From Candidatus Latescibacterota bacterium (GTDB lineage: Bacteria > Latescibacterota > UBA2968 > UBA8231): a DNA stretch of 64,000 nt. The stretch lies in contig OZ242214.1 in NCBI GenBank assembly GCA_965206595.1, positions 288,001 to 352,000 of the forward strand, written 5' to 3'. This document shows positions 50,446 to 60,859 of this stretch, one piece after another (the stretch's first letter is position 1; every line of letters begins with the position of its first letter). The translations under genes were made by a program, and so were the position numbers. A model generated the notes under the pieces. The model made no database searches and had not been told where the DNA came from. It worked only from the letters and a program-made list of their open reading frames with translations.

Positions 50446-52083
50446 ATGAACAGCATGCCTCTGCGTGAACTCGCCGCCGCTATTATCTGTGGGATCGCCC
50501 TTGCGGCGCAGGCTGCCGACGAAACCGTTCTCGCCTCGGTGGGAGAGCGGAAAATCACATCGGAGGACCTGAGAGCCTTCGAAACTCTCGCGGGCAGGGC
50601 CGTGTCCGCGGACCTGACCCCGACGCAGCGGGACAGCGCCCTGTTGCGGGCCCTGATCGACAAGACCGTTCTCCTCGCGGAGGCCCGCCTGCGCGAGATC
50701 GAGGAGGAGCACTGGTTCGAAAGACAGCTGCAGGCCCGCGTCGACGCCCACGTCCTCGGTCTCTACAACACCGCCATGATCAACGAGCAGGTATCGGTTT
50801 CAGAGGAGGAGATGGAAGCGCATTTCAAGGCCACCCACAGGGACCGGGCGCTACGCTACGCCGGTATCCTCGTGGAGACCGGAGAGGAAGCGAGGGAGAT
50901 ACTCGATCTCGTCGGGGAAGGCGCCGACTTCGCGGAGCTGGCGAGGGAGCACAGCCTGTTCGAGAAGACGCGCGACCAGGGGGGCGACATCGGTATCTAC
51001 CTGCTCAAGGACGAAACCGATCCACCGATCCGGCCGATCTTTCAGCTCGAGGTCGGGGCCTTGTCGGAGCCGGTGTCCGCTCCCTTCCGCGGCCGCGAGC
51101 ATTTCGCCGTCTTCAGGATCCTCGACGCACTTCCCGTCGGCCTCGAGACCGTGTTCGACGAGGTCGAGCAGGAGGTCTTCGGCCGCAAGCGGGTGGAGAG
51201 AGAGCTGGCGGTCCTCGACTCGCTGCGCGATCGCCATGCTCCCGAGATCCTCGAGGAGAACGTGAGGTCCGCTTCGGGGAAGTTCGCGACGGAGGGCCTT
51301 ACCGGGGAGTTGAGGAAGATGCCGCTGTGCGCTTACGATGGCGGCGAGATCACCGTCGAGGATTACCTGACCATGGCGGGGCGCAGCGAAGAGGGCATCT
51401 CGAGCCTCGCCGATCCTGTACGGGTAGTGAAAATGTTGAACGGCGGCATCATCCCCTCCGTCCTCTTCCTCGAAGCGGCGAAGACACTCGGCCTGCACGA
51501 GAATCCGCGCACGCTGCAGTGGCGGGAGAACGCGAAGCAGGACATGCTGATCAGCACGCTGAAAAGACGGGAAGTGAACGACCTCGTGCCGGAAACCACC
51601 TTCCTGGAAGCGGAGAAGTTCTACAAGGAGCATCCGGAGAAATTCATGACCTGGGAGACCGTCGAGATCACGGAGATCATGGTGGGGGACCGGAGGCGCG
51701 CAGAGGAACTGAGAGGGGAGCTCGAATCAGGCGCAAATGCCGGAAAGATGGCGCGGCAGCAAACGATACGGGAGGGCCTCGACCATCACGACGGCCTCAT
51801 CATCCTGAACAAGGGGACCCAGTTCCGTTACGGCCGGGCGCTGTTCGAGGCGGCCAGGAAGCTCGCCCCCGGAGAGATCGGCGGCCCGGTCGAGCTCGAT
51901 GAAGGATACTCCGTGTTCAAGGTCGTCTCGAACGTTCCCCCGCAGGTCAAGCCCTTCAACGAAACCTCGCAGAAGCGGGCAAGGGCGTACGTCAGAATCG
52001 ACCGCTACCAGCGCACCTTCGTCGAATTCCTTCGGATCCTGTGGGAGCAGCACCGGGTGCAGGTGTTCGCCGATTTCCTGTAG
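50446..52083 (+). CDS. PpiC/SurA-like peptidyl-prolyl isomerase chaperone with two rotamase domains
   Basis: GADFAELAREHS...GGDIG...LSEPV; second domain GEIGGPVELDEGYSVFKV; signal peptide. Confidence 0.85.
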   Translation: MNSMPLRELAAAIICGIALAAQAADETVLASVGERKITSEDLRAFETLAGRAVSADLTPTQRDSALLRALIDKTVLLAEARLREIEEEHWFERQLQARVDAHVLGLYNTAMINEQVSVSEEEMEAHFKATHRDRALRYAGILVETGEEAREILDLVGEGADFAELAREHSLFEKTRDQGGDIGIYLLKDETDPPIRPIFQLEVGALSEPVSAPFRGREHFAVFRILDALPVGLETVFDEVEQEVFGRKRVERELAVLDSLRDRHAPEILEENVRSASGKFATEGLTGELRKMPLCAYDGGEITVEDYLTMAGRSEEGISSLADPVRVVKMLNGGIIPSVLFLEAAKTLGLHENPRTLQWRENAKQDMLISTLKRREVNDLVPETTFLEAEKFYKEHPEKFMTWETVEITEIMVGDRRRAEELRGELESGANAGKMARQQTIREGLDHHDGLIILNKGTQFRYGRALFEAARKLAPGEIGGPVELDEGYSVFKVVSNVPPQVKPFNETSQKRARAYVRIDRYQRTFVEFLRILWEQHRVQVFADFL

Positions 52084-52092
52084 GCCGGCGCA

Positions 52093-53157
52093 ATGATATG
52101 GTCCCGGCTCGCACTCGCGGCCGCGGCAACGCTCGCCGCCCTCGCAGGGGGCGAGATCGCGCTGCGGCTCTTCGTTCCTCCCCGCCCGATGGTGGTGTGG
52201 CGGCAGTTCGCCGGCATCGCAGAGCGCGTCAACGCCGTGCCTGCCGAGGAGCTCTTCGCCAACGACCCCGAGCTCTTCTGGCGTTTCCGGCCCGGCCTGG
52301 AGCGGCCCGACGCCTCCGGGCCGCTGTTCGGCATCCTGTCGAACAGCCAGGGCCTGCGCGAGGACCACGAGATCCCGAGGCCGAAAGGAGAGGGGGAGAT
52401 CCGCGTCCTTTTTCTCGGTGACTCCTGTACCTTCGGGGAGTATCTGAGCCACACCGACTCCTTCGTGCAGGGAGTCGAGGACAGGCTGCGCTCCGGGGTT
52501 CCCGGCGCCGCGGTCGAGTGCATCAACGCCGGGGTTCCCGGCTACACCCTCTTCCAGGGTTGGAGGTTCCTGGAAACGGAGGGGTACGGATATGAGCCGG
52601 ATGTCGTCGTCGTCTACTTCGGGTGGAACGAAGGTGCGTCCTGGGGGGGGATGAGCGACCCGGAGCAGTACGAGGCCGTACAGGCGCAGCTGCCGGTCCG
52701 GCCCCTGCGCTGGAGCCGGATCTGCCGGATGCTGTGGCAGGCCGCGGGCTCCTCTACCCCGGCGGAAGGGGACGGGCAGGCGAGCCGGGTTCGGCGCCCG
52801 AGGTTGCGCCCTGACGAGTTCCGCGACCTGCTGGCGCGGGTCCGCGAATCGACGGGCAGCCGGGGAGTGGAGCTCCTGGTCCTCGTCGGGCCTCACCGCA
52901 ACAACATCGCCGGCATCCCGGGCAGGCGGTCGCCCTACCAGATCGAGGCGGGGGACTACTGCGGGAGCATCTCCTTCGGCAGCGCGGACGGCTGCATCGA
53001 CACCGTTCCGGCTATCCAGGCAATGGCGGCGACCCATCCCGCATCGGCGCTTTTCCACGACCCGGTCCATCCCACGGCGCGCACCAACCGGCGCATCGCC
53101 GGGCTCGTGGCAGCCAAGCTCGAACCCTGGTTGCGGGTGCGGCTGGAGTCGAACTGA
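52093..53157 (+). CDS. Membrane-anchored SGNH/GDSL hydrolase
   Basis: FLGDSCTFG, INAGVPGY, FGWNE, DPVHP. Confidence 0.85.
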   Translation: MIWSRLALAAAATLAALAGGEIALRLFVPPRPMVVWRQFAGIAERVNAVPAEELFANDPELFWRFRPGLERPDASGPLFGILSNSQGLREDHEIPRPKGEGEIRVLFLGDSCTFGEYLSHTDSFVQGVEDRLRSGVPGAAVECINAGVPGYTLFQGWRFLETEGYGYEPDVVVVYFGWNEGASWGGMSDPEQYEAVQAQLPVRPLRWSRICRMLWQAAGSSTPAEGDGQASRVRRPRLRPDEFRDLLARVRESTGSRGVELLVLVGPHRNNIAGIPGRRSPYQIEAGDYCGSISFGSADGCIDTVPAIQAMAATHPASALFHDPVHPTARTNRRIAGLVAAKLEPWLRVRLESN

Positions 53158-54866
53158 TGGCGTGCAGGGCGGCGTTTCTCGCCGTAATCGGGTGCGTTCT
53201 CCTGTCGACGCCGGGCAGCGGCCGGAACGGGACCTGGGAGATCCACACCGAGCGCGGATGGTCCCTGTTCGAGGCGGGCGACTACGCCGGTGCCGAGACC
53301 TCATGGCAGGCTGCCCTGGCGATCGCCGAGTCGCGCGGTCAGGGAGACTCCCGCCTCCCGGCCAGCCTGAACAATCTCGGGCTTCTCTACTACGTCAGGG
53401 ACGAGTACGCCAGGGCGGAGCCGCTCTTCCTGCGGGCGGTCGTCCTGCAGGAGGAGACCCTCGGCCCGGTCCATCCGGAGCTGGCGCAGACGCTGAACAA
53501 CCTGGGGCTGCTGTACTACGACCAGGACCGCTACCCCGAAACCGAGGCGGCGTACGGAAGGGCGCTGGCCATTGTCGAGGAAGCCCTGGGGCCGGACCAT
53601 CCCCGGGTGGCGACGGCGCTGCACAATCTCGCCGGGCTCTACAGGGCGCAGGGTCTGAACGCCAGGGCGGAGCCGCTCTACGAGCGTGCTCTCGACATAC
53701 GCGCCAGGGCGCTGGGGCCCGACCATGCGGACCTGGCGCCGATCCTCAACAGCCTGGCCCTGCTCTACTCCGACCAGGGCCGCCTGGGAAAGGCGGAAGC
53801 GGCCCTGGCGCGAACGCTGGCGATATACAGGAATGCCTTCGGGCCCGATCATCCGGGGGTGGCGAAGACCTTGAGCAACCTCGCGGGGCTGTACTACGCC
53901 CGCGGCCGGTACGAAGAGGCGGAGCCGCTCTACGTGCGAGTCCTCGAGATTCGCGAGAAGGCCTACGGGCCGGAGCACCCGGACGTCGCGCAGTCGCTGA
54001 ACAATCTCGCCACCCTCTACCACGCCCGGAACCGCTACGCCGAGGCCGAGCCCCTGTACGAGCGCGCCCTCGCCCTCTACGAGAAGGAGCTGGGACCCGA
54101 CCATTTCGAAGTGGCTGCCTGCCTGCTGTCGGTGGCCGGGTTTCGCCGCGACCAGGGCCGGCATGCCCAAGCCGAGGCCCTGTTCAGGCGGTCGGTCGCC
54201 ATCCGCGAAAAGGCCATGGGTCCGGACCATCCCGACGTCGCCACGTCGCTGGCGGAGCTGGGGGCGTTCCTGGCCGGCCGCGGCAGGCACGGGGAAGCCG
54301 AGGAGGCGTACAGGAGAGCCCTGGAGATCCGGCAGCAGATGCTGGTGCCGGGGCATCCGGATGCAGTGGAGTCGCTGCAGACGCTGGTGGCCTTCCACCA
54401 CGGGCAGGGGCGGCATGCCGAGGCGGAATCGCTGCTCGTGAGGGCGGTCGCAATACAGGAGGAGGCGCTGGGTCCGGACCACCCCGGGATATCCCCGCTG
54501 TTGAACGGTCTGGCCGGCTTGTATTTCGCCGCCGGCCGCCACGATGAGGCCGGTTCCATGCTCGGCCGCGTCCTGGCGATCCAGGAGAAGGGGCTCGGCC
54601 CGGACCACCCTGCGGTGGCGGGAGCCCTCAACAATCTCGCCGGCCTGTACCGTCTGCAGGGCCGCTACGGCGAGGCGGAGCAGCTCCTCCGGCGCGCTCT
54701 CGACATCTACGAGGAGAAGCTGGGACCCGGCCGGGTCGAGGTGGCGCAGGCGCTCGGCAACCTCGCGGCGCTCTACCGCGCCCAGGGCCGGCATGAAGAG
54801 GCCGGTGCCCTGCTCGAGCGCGCCCGGCTCATTCGCGAGAAGAGCTCCGGGCGGAGCCGCGAGTGA
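53157..54866 (+). CDS. Secreted 42-aa TPR (kinesin-light-chain-like) repeat protein
   Basis: About a dozen LGPDHPxVAxxLNNLAxLY...AEPLYERAL units. Confidence 0.9.
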   Translation: MACRAAFLAVIGCVLLSTPGSGRNGTWEIHTERGWSLFEAGDYAGAETSWQAALAIAESRGQGDSRLPASLNNLGLLYYVRDEYARAEPLFLRAVVLQEETLGPVHPELAQTLNNLGLLYYDQDRYPETEAAYGRALAIVEEALGPDHPRVATALHNLAGLYRAQGLNARAEPLYERALDIRARALGPDHADLAPILNSLALLYSDQGRLGKAEAALARTLAIYRNAFGPDHPGVAKTLSNLAGLYYARGRYEEAEPLYVRVLEIREKAYGPEHPDVAQSLNNLATLYHARNRYAEAEPLYERALALYEKELGPDHFEVAACLLSVAGFRRDQGRHAQAEALFRRSVAIREKAMGPDHPDVATSLAELGAFLAGRGRHGEAEEAYRRALEIRQQMLVPGHPDAVESLQTLVAFHHGQGRHAEAESLLVRAVAIQEEALGPDHPGISPLLNGLAGLYFAAGRHDEAGSMLGRVLAIQEKGLGPDHPAVAGALNNLAGLYRLQGRYGEAEQLLRRALDIYEEKLGPGRVEVAQALGNLAALYRAQGRHEEAGALLERARLIREKSSGRSRE

Positions 54867-54874
54867 GGATTCCC

Positions 54875-56470
54875 CTACTGCAGGAGACGCCCCAGGGCCG
54901 AGCGGTCCGCCGGAAGCAGGGAATCGACCATCGATCTGAGGAAGGCGATCTCGCCGCGCTCGGAAAAAACGCGCCGTGCGGCCGGGTCGAGGCGGGGGAT
55001 TTGCAGGACCTGCTCCCGCACGAGGGAGGCCATATGCCGGCGCAAGGAGGCAGGCGGTTCCCTGTACGGAAGCTGGGCGAGAAAACGAATGAGGTAGTTG
55101 CGGGTGAAGACCTGGTCCCGCAGGGAGTAGCCCAGCCGCCGGGCATAGCGCTCGTAGTCGGCGAGCCCCCTTTCGCGGCGCGGCCCCCAGGCGCTGCTGA
55201 CCGGGTTCTCGGCGAGCGCCCCCATCAGGGTCCTGGCGATCAGGAAATGGCCGTACACCGTCGGGTGCAGGTACTCCGTGATCAGCTCGTTGCCGGCGAT
55301 CCCTTGCGGGGAGGCCGCGGCGAACGCCTTCTCGACGTCGTTAAGAACAACCCGCCCCCCGCTTTCCTCCGCCAGGTCGAGGATCACCTCGTTGAAGGAG
55401 GCGGGGGCGCGGAACCGCATGCGGTCGAAGTCGCGCGCCGAGGCGAACGCCTCGGCTGCCTGCGGGTAATGGCCCTGCAGGTAGCGCACCCGCCCCAGCT
55501 GGAAATGGAGGTCGGCGCATTCGGGGCGGTTCTCCAGTGCCAGGTCCGCGGCGGCCGCGGCGGCCTCCAGATTTCCCTCGCTCGCCAAGCCCTCGATCCG
55601 GTCCGACAGGCCGGAACCGTCGCACTGCGAACGCAGCGGATGGAAGTCCTTGAGGTTCGAGACCAGCGTCGACAGGACGACCGGGACGGCGTGCTCCTCC
55701 GCGAGCGCCAGCATCTCCTCGAGGTTGCGGCGGAAGTTGCGCCGCGTGGTCTCGTACCCCCGGTCCTGCGGCCCGATCTCGCGAGTCACGAGGTGCAGGC
55801 CGAACGGCTCTCTCGCAGCGCCGCCGGTTCCCCGGAAGCGCAGGCGGAAGATCAGCTCCTTGAGACCGTAGTGAATCCTGGAGCGCTGCAGGTACATGTA
55901 GAGCCGGACCCCGCGCCGGTCGTTGCCGAACTTCGCGAACGGGGTGGTGACGCCGTAGGGGCCGACGAACTCGTTATGGCCGGCGTAGATGACGATCAGG
56001 TCGGGGGAGTAGCCGGCGACCTCCCCGACGAAATCGAGCAGGCAGAAACTGTTGATCGCCGTAAGTCCGCAGTTGTTCACCTCGAAGCGCCGGGCGGGGT
56101 ACACGTCTGCGAGCATCAGCTCAATGAAGCGGGGGAAGGCGGTGTTGGGCGGGTTGGGGAAACCGGCGACAGTGGAGGCGCCGAGGACGAATATGCGCAC
56201 TGTGTTGGCCGGCTTGGGCTCCGTGAAGCCGGCGCCGCTGGCGAAATCGCGCCGGAACCGATGGGGGAAGAAGCGGTGGGCAACCTCGCGATTGGGGGTG
56301 TACCGGGTTTCCTGCCCGCGCCTCTCCTCGAGGAAGAGGCGGTTCGAGGGCCCGAGCTGCAGGAGCTGCAGCGTCGCCTCGAGAAGGAGTACGAGCCCCA
56401 CTCCCGCGAGCAGCGCCAGCGCGATTCCGCCCAGGGAGCGGAGCCTGTTTTTCGATTGATCCCGTCCCAA
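54875..56470 (-). CDS. Membrane-anchored SGNH-like protein with TPR
   Basis: IFVLGASTVAGFP, YAGHNEFVG, EYLHP and an internal TPR. Confidence 0.8.
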   Translation of the reverse strand: MGRDQSKNRLRSLGGIALALLAGVGLVLLLEATLQLLQLGPSNRLFLEERRGQETRYTPNREVAHRFFPHRFRRDFASGAGFTEPKPANTVRIFVLGASTVAGFPNPPNTAFPRFIELMLADVYPARRFEVNNCGLTAINSFCLLDFVGEVAGYSPDLIVIYAGHNEFVGPYGVTTPFAKFGNDRRGVRLYMYLQRSRIHYGLKELIFRLRFRGTGGAAREPFGLHLVTREIGPQDRGYETTRRNFRRNLEEMLALAEEHAVPVVLSTLVSNLKDFHPLRSQCDGSGLSDRIEGLASEGNLEAAAAAADLALENRPECADLHFQLGRVRYLQGHYPQAAEAFASARDFDRMRFRAPASFNEVILDLAEESGGRVVLNDVEKAFAAASPQGIAGNELITEYLHPTVYGHFLIARTLMGALAENPVSSAWGPRRERGLADYERYARRLGYSLRDQVFTRNYLIRFLAQLPYREPPASLRRHMASLVREQVLQIPRLDPAARRVFSERGEIAFLRSMVDSLLPADRSALGRLLQ

Positions 56471-56491
56471 GCCTTTGCCTAGTTACTCCTC

Positions 56492-57715
56492 ATGCGACTC
56501 GCATTGTTGCTGACATGGGCGGCGCTCGCAGCCGCGGAACCCGGTGCCGCCGATACCGCCCCGGGCGAAGACCGACGACAGGAAGAGCATCTCCCGCCCG
56601 AGGCCTGCGGCGAATGCCACCGCACCGTGTACGACGGTTACCTTGAGACCTCGCACGCCCGGGCGATGCGGCCGGTCGAGCCCGGAAAGCTCGACGACCA
56701 GTTCGCCCCGGAGCACGAGTACTTCTACGTCAAGAAGGACACCGCGGGCAGCGCCTTCTTCCGGCTGGCGATTGCCGAAGCGGGGTACGAGCAGCAGATC
56801 TTCATACCGGGCGACAACGGGGCCGAGGAGCTCGTCCGGCTCCCCCTCGATCTCGAGGTGGGATCCGGCAAGTTCGCCAGAGCTTACCTGCGCTGGGACG
56901 GAGACAGGCTCTTCCTCAACCCGCTGTCCTACTACAGCGGCCCGGAGCGCTGGGCCTTCGGTCCCGGAATATTCGGCCACCTGGCGAGCATGCAGGGCGG
57001 ACGGCCGGTGACCGCGGCTTGCCTGGACTGTCACTCCGGGCATTTCGAGGTGAGGGACCGGTCGGAGTACGACGGGGCGGCGCGCCCGCTCGACCAGTAC
57101 CTGCATCCTGCCGATACCTTCGTGATGGAAAAAGCGAACTTTGTCCTGCCCATTTCGTGTGTCAAGTGTCACGGTCCCGCGCAGCGCCACGTCCGCTACC
57201 ACCGCGACAATCCCGGCGACAGTACGGCGCGCCACGTCGCCAGGATCGGCGACCTGACGCGAATTCAGCAGGTAGAGGTCTGCGGTTTCTGCCACACCCC
57301 GCCCGGGGCAGTGGTGCGCCCCCCATTCAGCTTTAGGCCGGGCGACGCCTATTCCGACTTCATCGAGCCCGCGGCGGTGGATTTCCGGGAGACGGATCCC
57401 CATGCCACGCAGGCGCCGTACCTGATGGCGAGCCAATGCTTCGAGCGCACTCCCTCGATGACCTGCACCACCTGCCACGACCCGCACCGCAACCAGCGCG
57501 GCGATCTCGCCATGTTTTCCAGGCGCTGCATGGAGTGCCACGAGCCGTCGTCGGGCAGGCACTGCACCGGGATGCCGGTGCAGGAGGCCGCGGCCCCAAC
57601 AAACTGCATCGACTGTCACATGCCGCGGCAGACGTCCTCGGCCCTGCGGGTGGTGGGCGAGCAGGGGGAGTCCCTCCCCCTGCAGATGCGAAACCACTGG
57701 ATCAAGATCCACTAG
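56492..57715 (+). CDS. Secreted multiheme c-type cytochrome (7 CxxCH)
   Basis: CGECH, CLDCH, CVKCH, CGFCH, CTTCH, CMECH, CIDCH. Confidence 0.88.
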   Translation: MRLALLLTWAALAAAEPGAADTAPGEDRRQEEHLPPEACGECHRTVYDGYLETSHARAMRPVEPGKLDDQFAPEHEYFYVKKDTAGSAFFRLAIAEAGYEQQIFIPGDNGAEELVRLPLDLEVGSGKFARAYLRWDGDRLFLNPLSYYSGPERWAFGPGIFGHLASMQGGRPVTAACLDCHSGHFEVRDRSEYDGAARPLDQYLHPADTFVMEKANFVLPISCVKCHGPAQRHVRYHRDNPGDSTARHVARIGDLTRIQQVEVCGFCHTPPGAVVRPPFSFRPGDAYSDFIEPAAVDFRETDPHATQAPYLMASQCFERTPSMTCTTCHDPHRNQRGDLAMFSRRCMECHEPSSGRHCTGMPVQEAAAPTNCIDCHMPRQTSSALRVVGEQGESLPLQMRNHWIKIH

Positions 57716-58881
57716 TGTCATGTCGTGTAATTAACTGTACAAACAATTGAAAGTGCCGTAGGTTTCCCTTATCCCCCTTCTGAAAGGAGAGACCTATGGT
57801 GACGGGGCGTCCATTAACGCCGTTAGAGCTGAGTCCGTCGGACCGGGAACGACTGGAATCGATGGCCAAATCACGAAGTCTTCCCCACGGATTGGTGCGG
57901 CGAGCCGAGATGGTGCTGCTGGCCGCCGATGGCTGGCCCAATGAAGCGGTCGCTTCCGCGGTGGGTGTGACGCGAGCTACGGTGGGCAAATGGCGCCGGC
58001 GTTTTCTCGACAACGGACTCAATGGCTTGTATGATGAACTACGTTCAGGGGCGCCGCGATCGATCACGGACGAGCAGGTAGCCGAGGTGGTATACAAGAC
58101 CCTGAAGACCAAGCCCAAAGACGAAACACAGTGGTCGGTGCGCTCCATGGGCGAAGAAACCGGCCTGACCAAGGACGCGGTTCATCGCATTTGGCGCACG
58201 TATGGTTTGCAGCCCCATCGACACAAGCGCTTCAAGCTTTCCACCGATCCTTTCTTTGTCGACAAAGTACGGGATATCGTCGGCTTATACCTGAATCCCC
58301 CCGAGCACGCCCTGGTGCTGTGCGTGGACGAGAAGAGCCAGATCCAGGCGTTGGAACGAAGTCAGCCCATGCTGCCCCTGGGACTGGGATACGTGGAAGG
58401 GATTACGCACGACTACAAGCGGCACGGCACCACCACCCTGTTTGCCGCCCTGGACATCGCCACCGGGGAAGTGATGACCCAGTGCAAGCCCCGTCATCGT
58501 CACCAGGAGTTCCTCCAGTTCCTGCGCCACATCGAGGCCAACGTGCCCGCTGACCTCGATATTCATCTCGTCGTCGACAACTACGCCACGCATAAGCATG
58601 CCAAGGTCAAGCGATGGCTGGCACGGCGTCCCCGATTTCACCTTCACTACACTCCCACGTATGCTTCGTGGCTCAATCAGGTGGAGATCTGGTTCAATAT
58701 CCTCACCCGCCAGGCGGTTCGGCGCGATTCGTTCCGCAAGGTGTCGGAGCTCATCGAGCGAATCGAACGCTACACGGCCAAATGGAACGCCAACGCACAC
58801 CCTTTCGTCTGGACGGCTACGGCGGATTCCATCCTCGCCAAAATCAAGAGACTTTGTGAACGAATCTCTGCGACAGGACAC
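57715..58881 (+). mobile_element. IS630-family insertion sequence
   Basis: Ends GTGTCATGTCG / CGACAGGACAC, with duplicated TA within CTAG on both sides. Confidence 0.9.
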
Positions 58882-58884
58882 TAG
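57796..58884 (+). CDS. IS630 transposase, intact
   Basis: [45 protein letters not shown]. Confidence 0.95.
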   Translation: MVTGRPLTPLELSPSDRERLESMAKSRSLPHGLVRRAEMVLLAADGWPNEAVASAVGVTRATVGKWRRRFLDNGLNGLYDELRSGAPRSITDEQVAEVVYKTLKTKPKDETQWSVRSMGEETGLTKDAVHRIWRTYGLQPHRHKRFKLSTDPFFVDKVRDIVGLYLNPPEHALVLCVDEKSQIQALERSQPMLPLGLGYVEGITHDYKRHGTTTLFAALDIATGEVMTQCKPRHRHQEFLQFLRHIEANVPADLDIHLVVDNYATHKHAKVKRWLARRPRFHLHYTPTYASWLNQVEIWFNILTRQAVRRDSFRKVSELIERIERYTAKWNANAHPFVWTATADSILAKIKRLCERISATGH

Positions 58885-59038
58885 CAAGTGGATCCCTGAG
58901 GGCCGGCTTTTCCCGGACTTCGACTGCCTTCACGATCTGGCGCCGACCCGGATCGTGCCTGCCGTTTTCCGGTTGTACGGACTCGGCAGCGTTTCCGCGC
59001 CTCCAGAACCCAACGAGCCTTCTGCTTCCCGGTGTGGT

Positions 59039-60859
59039 CTACTGCTGCTCGACGGTGAGGAACTGGTTCGGCGCCACCCCTTCCATCACCTGCCGGGTGC
59101 CGTCCTGCCAGATGACCTCCAGGCTCCCCACGGCCCCGCAGTCGCCGAGCCCGAAATGCTGGCGGATGTCGTTGGCGGAGGCGTAGCTCCCGCTCGTCCT
59201 GACCTCCCGCACCTGCGTGGCCCCGCCGCAGGTGACGGCGATTCTCGATCCGACGGCATCCCTCGCCGGGGCGCCGACCAGCCGCACCGAAAGCCAGCTC
59301 CTCCCCGCAGGCAGGTCGTTGCGCAGCAGCTGCGCCGGGCCGTTGCAGTTGGTCACCAGGATGTCGAGGTCGCCGTCGTTGTCGTAGTCTCCGCGTGCGC
59401 TCCCGCGCGACACCAGCGCCGGTGCGAGGCCGGGACCGCTGGCCCCGGAGACGTCGACGAACCCCGTGCCCGGCCTGTTCTCGAACAGCTGGTTGGGCTG
59501 CTCGTATGAAATCCCTTCGTTGCCGGCGATGAAACGGACCTTGTCCTGGACGTGGCCGTTGGCCACGAACAGGTCGAGGTCGCCGTCGTTGTCCGCCTCG
59601 AAGAAGAAGGTGCCGAAACCGAGAGGTCGGTAGCTGCTCTCCGCCAGCTCCAGGAGCGGGGTCACGTCGCGGAAGCGGCCCCCCTCGTTGCGGTACAGGG
59701 TGTTGGTCTGCTTCGAGTAGTTGGTGACGAACAGGTCGTAGTCCGCATCGGCGTCGTAGTCGGCCCAGTCCACCCCCATGCCCGCTTCCGGCCTGCCGTC
59801 CCCGTTGTAGGCCGCTCCTGCGGTCAGGCCGACCTCGCGGAACCGCCCCCGGCCGTCGTTGCGGAAAAGGAAGTTCCTCACCCCGTCGTTGGCGACGTAG
59901 AGGTCGGTGTCGCCGTCGCTGTCGTAGTCCGCGGTGACCGCGCCGAGCCCTTTGCCGTCGGCGATGAGGACGCCGGCGGAGCGGGTGGCGTCCTCGAACC
60001 GGCGGCCCGTGTTGCGATAGAGAACGTCCGGGGAGCCGCGATAGCGGTCCGGACTGCAGTAGCTTCGCCGGTCCTTGCGCACCCGCACCACCGTTCCCGC
60101 CGCGGACCGGAGGCTGGCGTCCTCGACCCCGCATATGCGGTTGTTGCCGACGTGGAAGTCGACGTAGTTGACCACGTAGAGGTCGAGGAGGCCGTCGTTG
60201 TCGTAGTCGAAGAAGGCGGCCCCGGCCCCCCAGCGCGCGTCGCCGACGCCGGCCTGCGCGGTCGCCTCGGCGAACGATCCCCCCTCCGGTGCCTCGTTCT
60301 CGAACAGCGCGTTGGGCCCGTAGTTTACGACGTAGAGATCGGGGTCGCCGTCGTTGTCGTAGTCGCCGGTGGCGCATCCCATCCCGTAGCCGCGGTCGCC
60401 GGCGCCGGGAGCCGCGGCGAAACGGTCCCCCCCGTTCCTGTAGAGCCTGTTGCCCAGGGGAACAGGGCCGCGCTGGCGGACCAGGGCAACGAGGCTGTCT
60501 GCATCTCCGGGGTGTCCGGCCGCAGTGTCGCCTGCCCCCCTGACGAGATAGTGATCCGCCTTTTCATCGACGAGGTTCGCCGGGTGCAGATCCTCCCCGA
60601 TTCCCCGCAGGGGGAAGCCGTCGACGAGATAGATGTCGAGGTGTCCGTCGAGGTCGTAGTCGAGGAAGCCGCCTCCCGCTCCCATCGTCTCGATCAGGTA
60701 GTAGCGGCCCGCGGCGCCGTTCGTGTGGGTGAATCCGATCCCCGCCTCCGGCGCGGCGTCGACGAAGAAGGCGGACTGTGGGTTCGCTGCTCCGGCTGCG
60801 TCTTCGCAGCGGGCGAGCAGGGCCGCGGACGCCGCGGCCAGGATGAGGACCCGGTTCAC
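59039..60859 (-). CDS. CRTAC1-family FG-GAP/ASPIC-UnbV protein
   Basis: Multiple DYDNDGDxDLYVxN repeats; C-terminal GSYAS...HFGLG...EVIW. Confidence 0.92.
   Translation of the reverse strand: MNRVLILAAASAALLARCEDAAGAANPQSAFFVDAAPEAGIGFTHTNGAAGRYYLIETMGAGGGFLDYDLDGHLDIYLVDGFPLRGIGEDLHPANLVDEKADHYLVRGAGDTAAGHPGDADSLVALVRQRGPVPLGNRLYRNGGDRFAAAPGAGDRGYGMGCATGDYDNDGDPDLYVVNYGPNALFENEAPEGGSFAEATAQAGVGDARWGAGAAFFDYDNDGLLDLYVVNYVDFHVGNNRICGVEDASLRSAAGTVVRVRKDRRSYCSPDRYRGSPDVLYRNTGRRFEDATRSAGVLIADGKGLGAVTADYDSDGDTDLYVANDGVRNFLFRNDGRGRFREVGLTAGAAYNGDGRPEAGMGVDWADYDADADYDLFVTNYSKQTNTLYRNEGGRFRDVTPLLELAESSYRPLGFGTFFFEADNDGDLDLFVANGHVQDKVRFIAGNEGISYEQPNQLFENRPGTGFVDVSGASGPGLAPALVSRGSARGDYDNDGDLDILVTNCNGPAQLLRNDLPAGRSWLSVRLVGAPARDAVGSRIAVTCGGATQVREVRTSGSYASANDIRQHFGLGDCGAVGSLEVIWQDGTRQVMEGVAPNQFLTVEQQ

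Noticed and set aside
53157-54866. 126-bp DNA periodicity as a non-coding array or DGR template
   Set aside because: Explained by coding 42-aa TPR repeats; no reverse transcriptase in the window.
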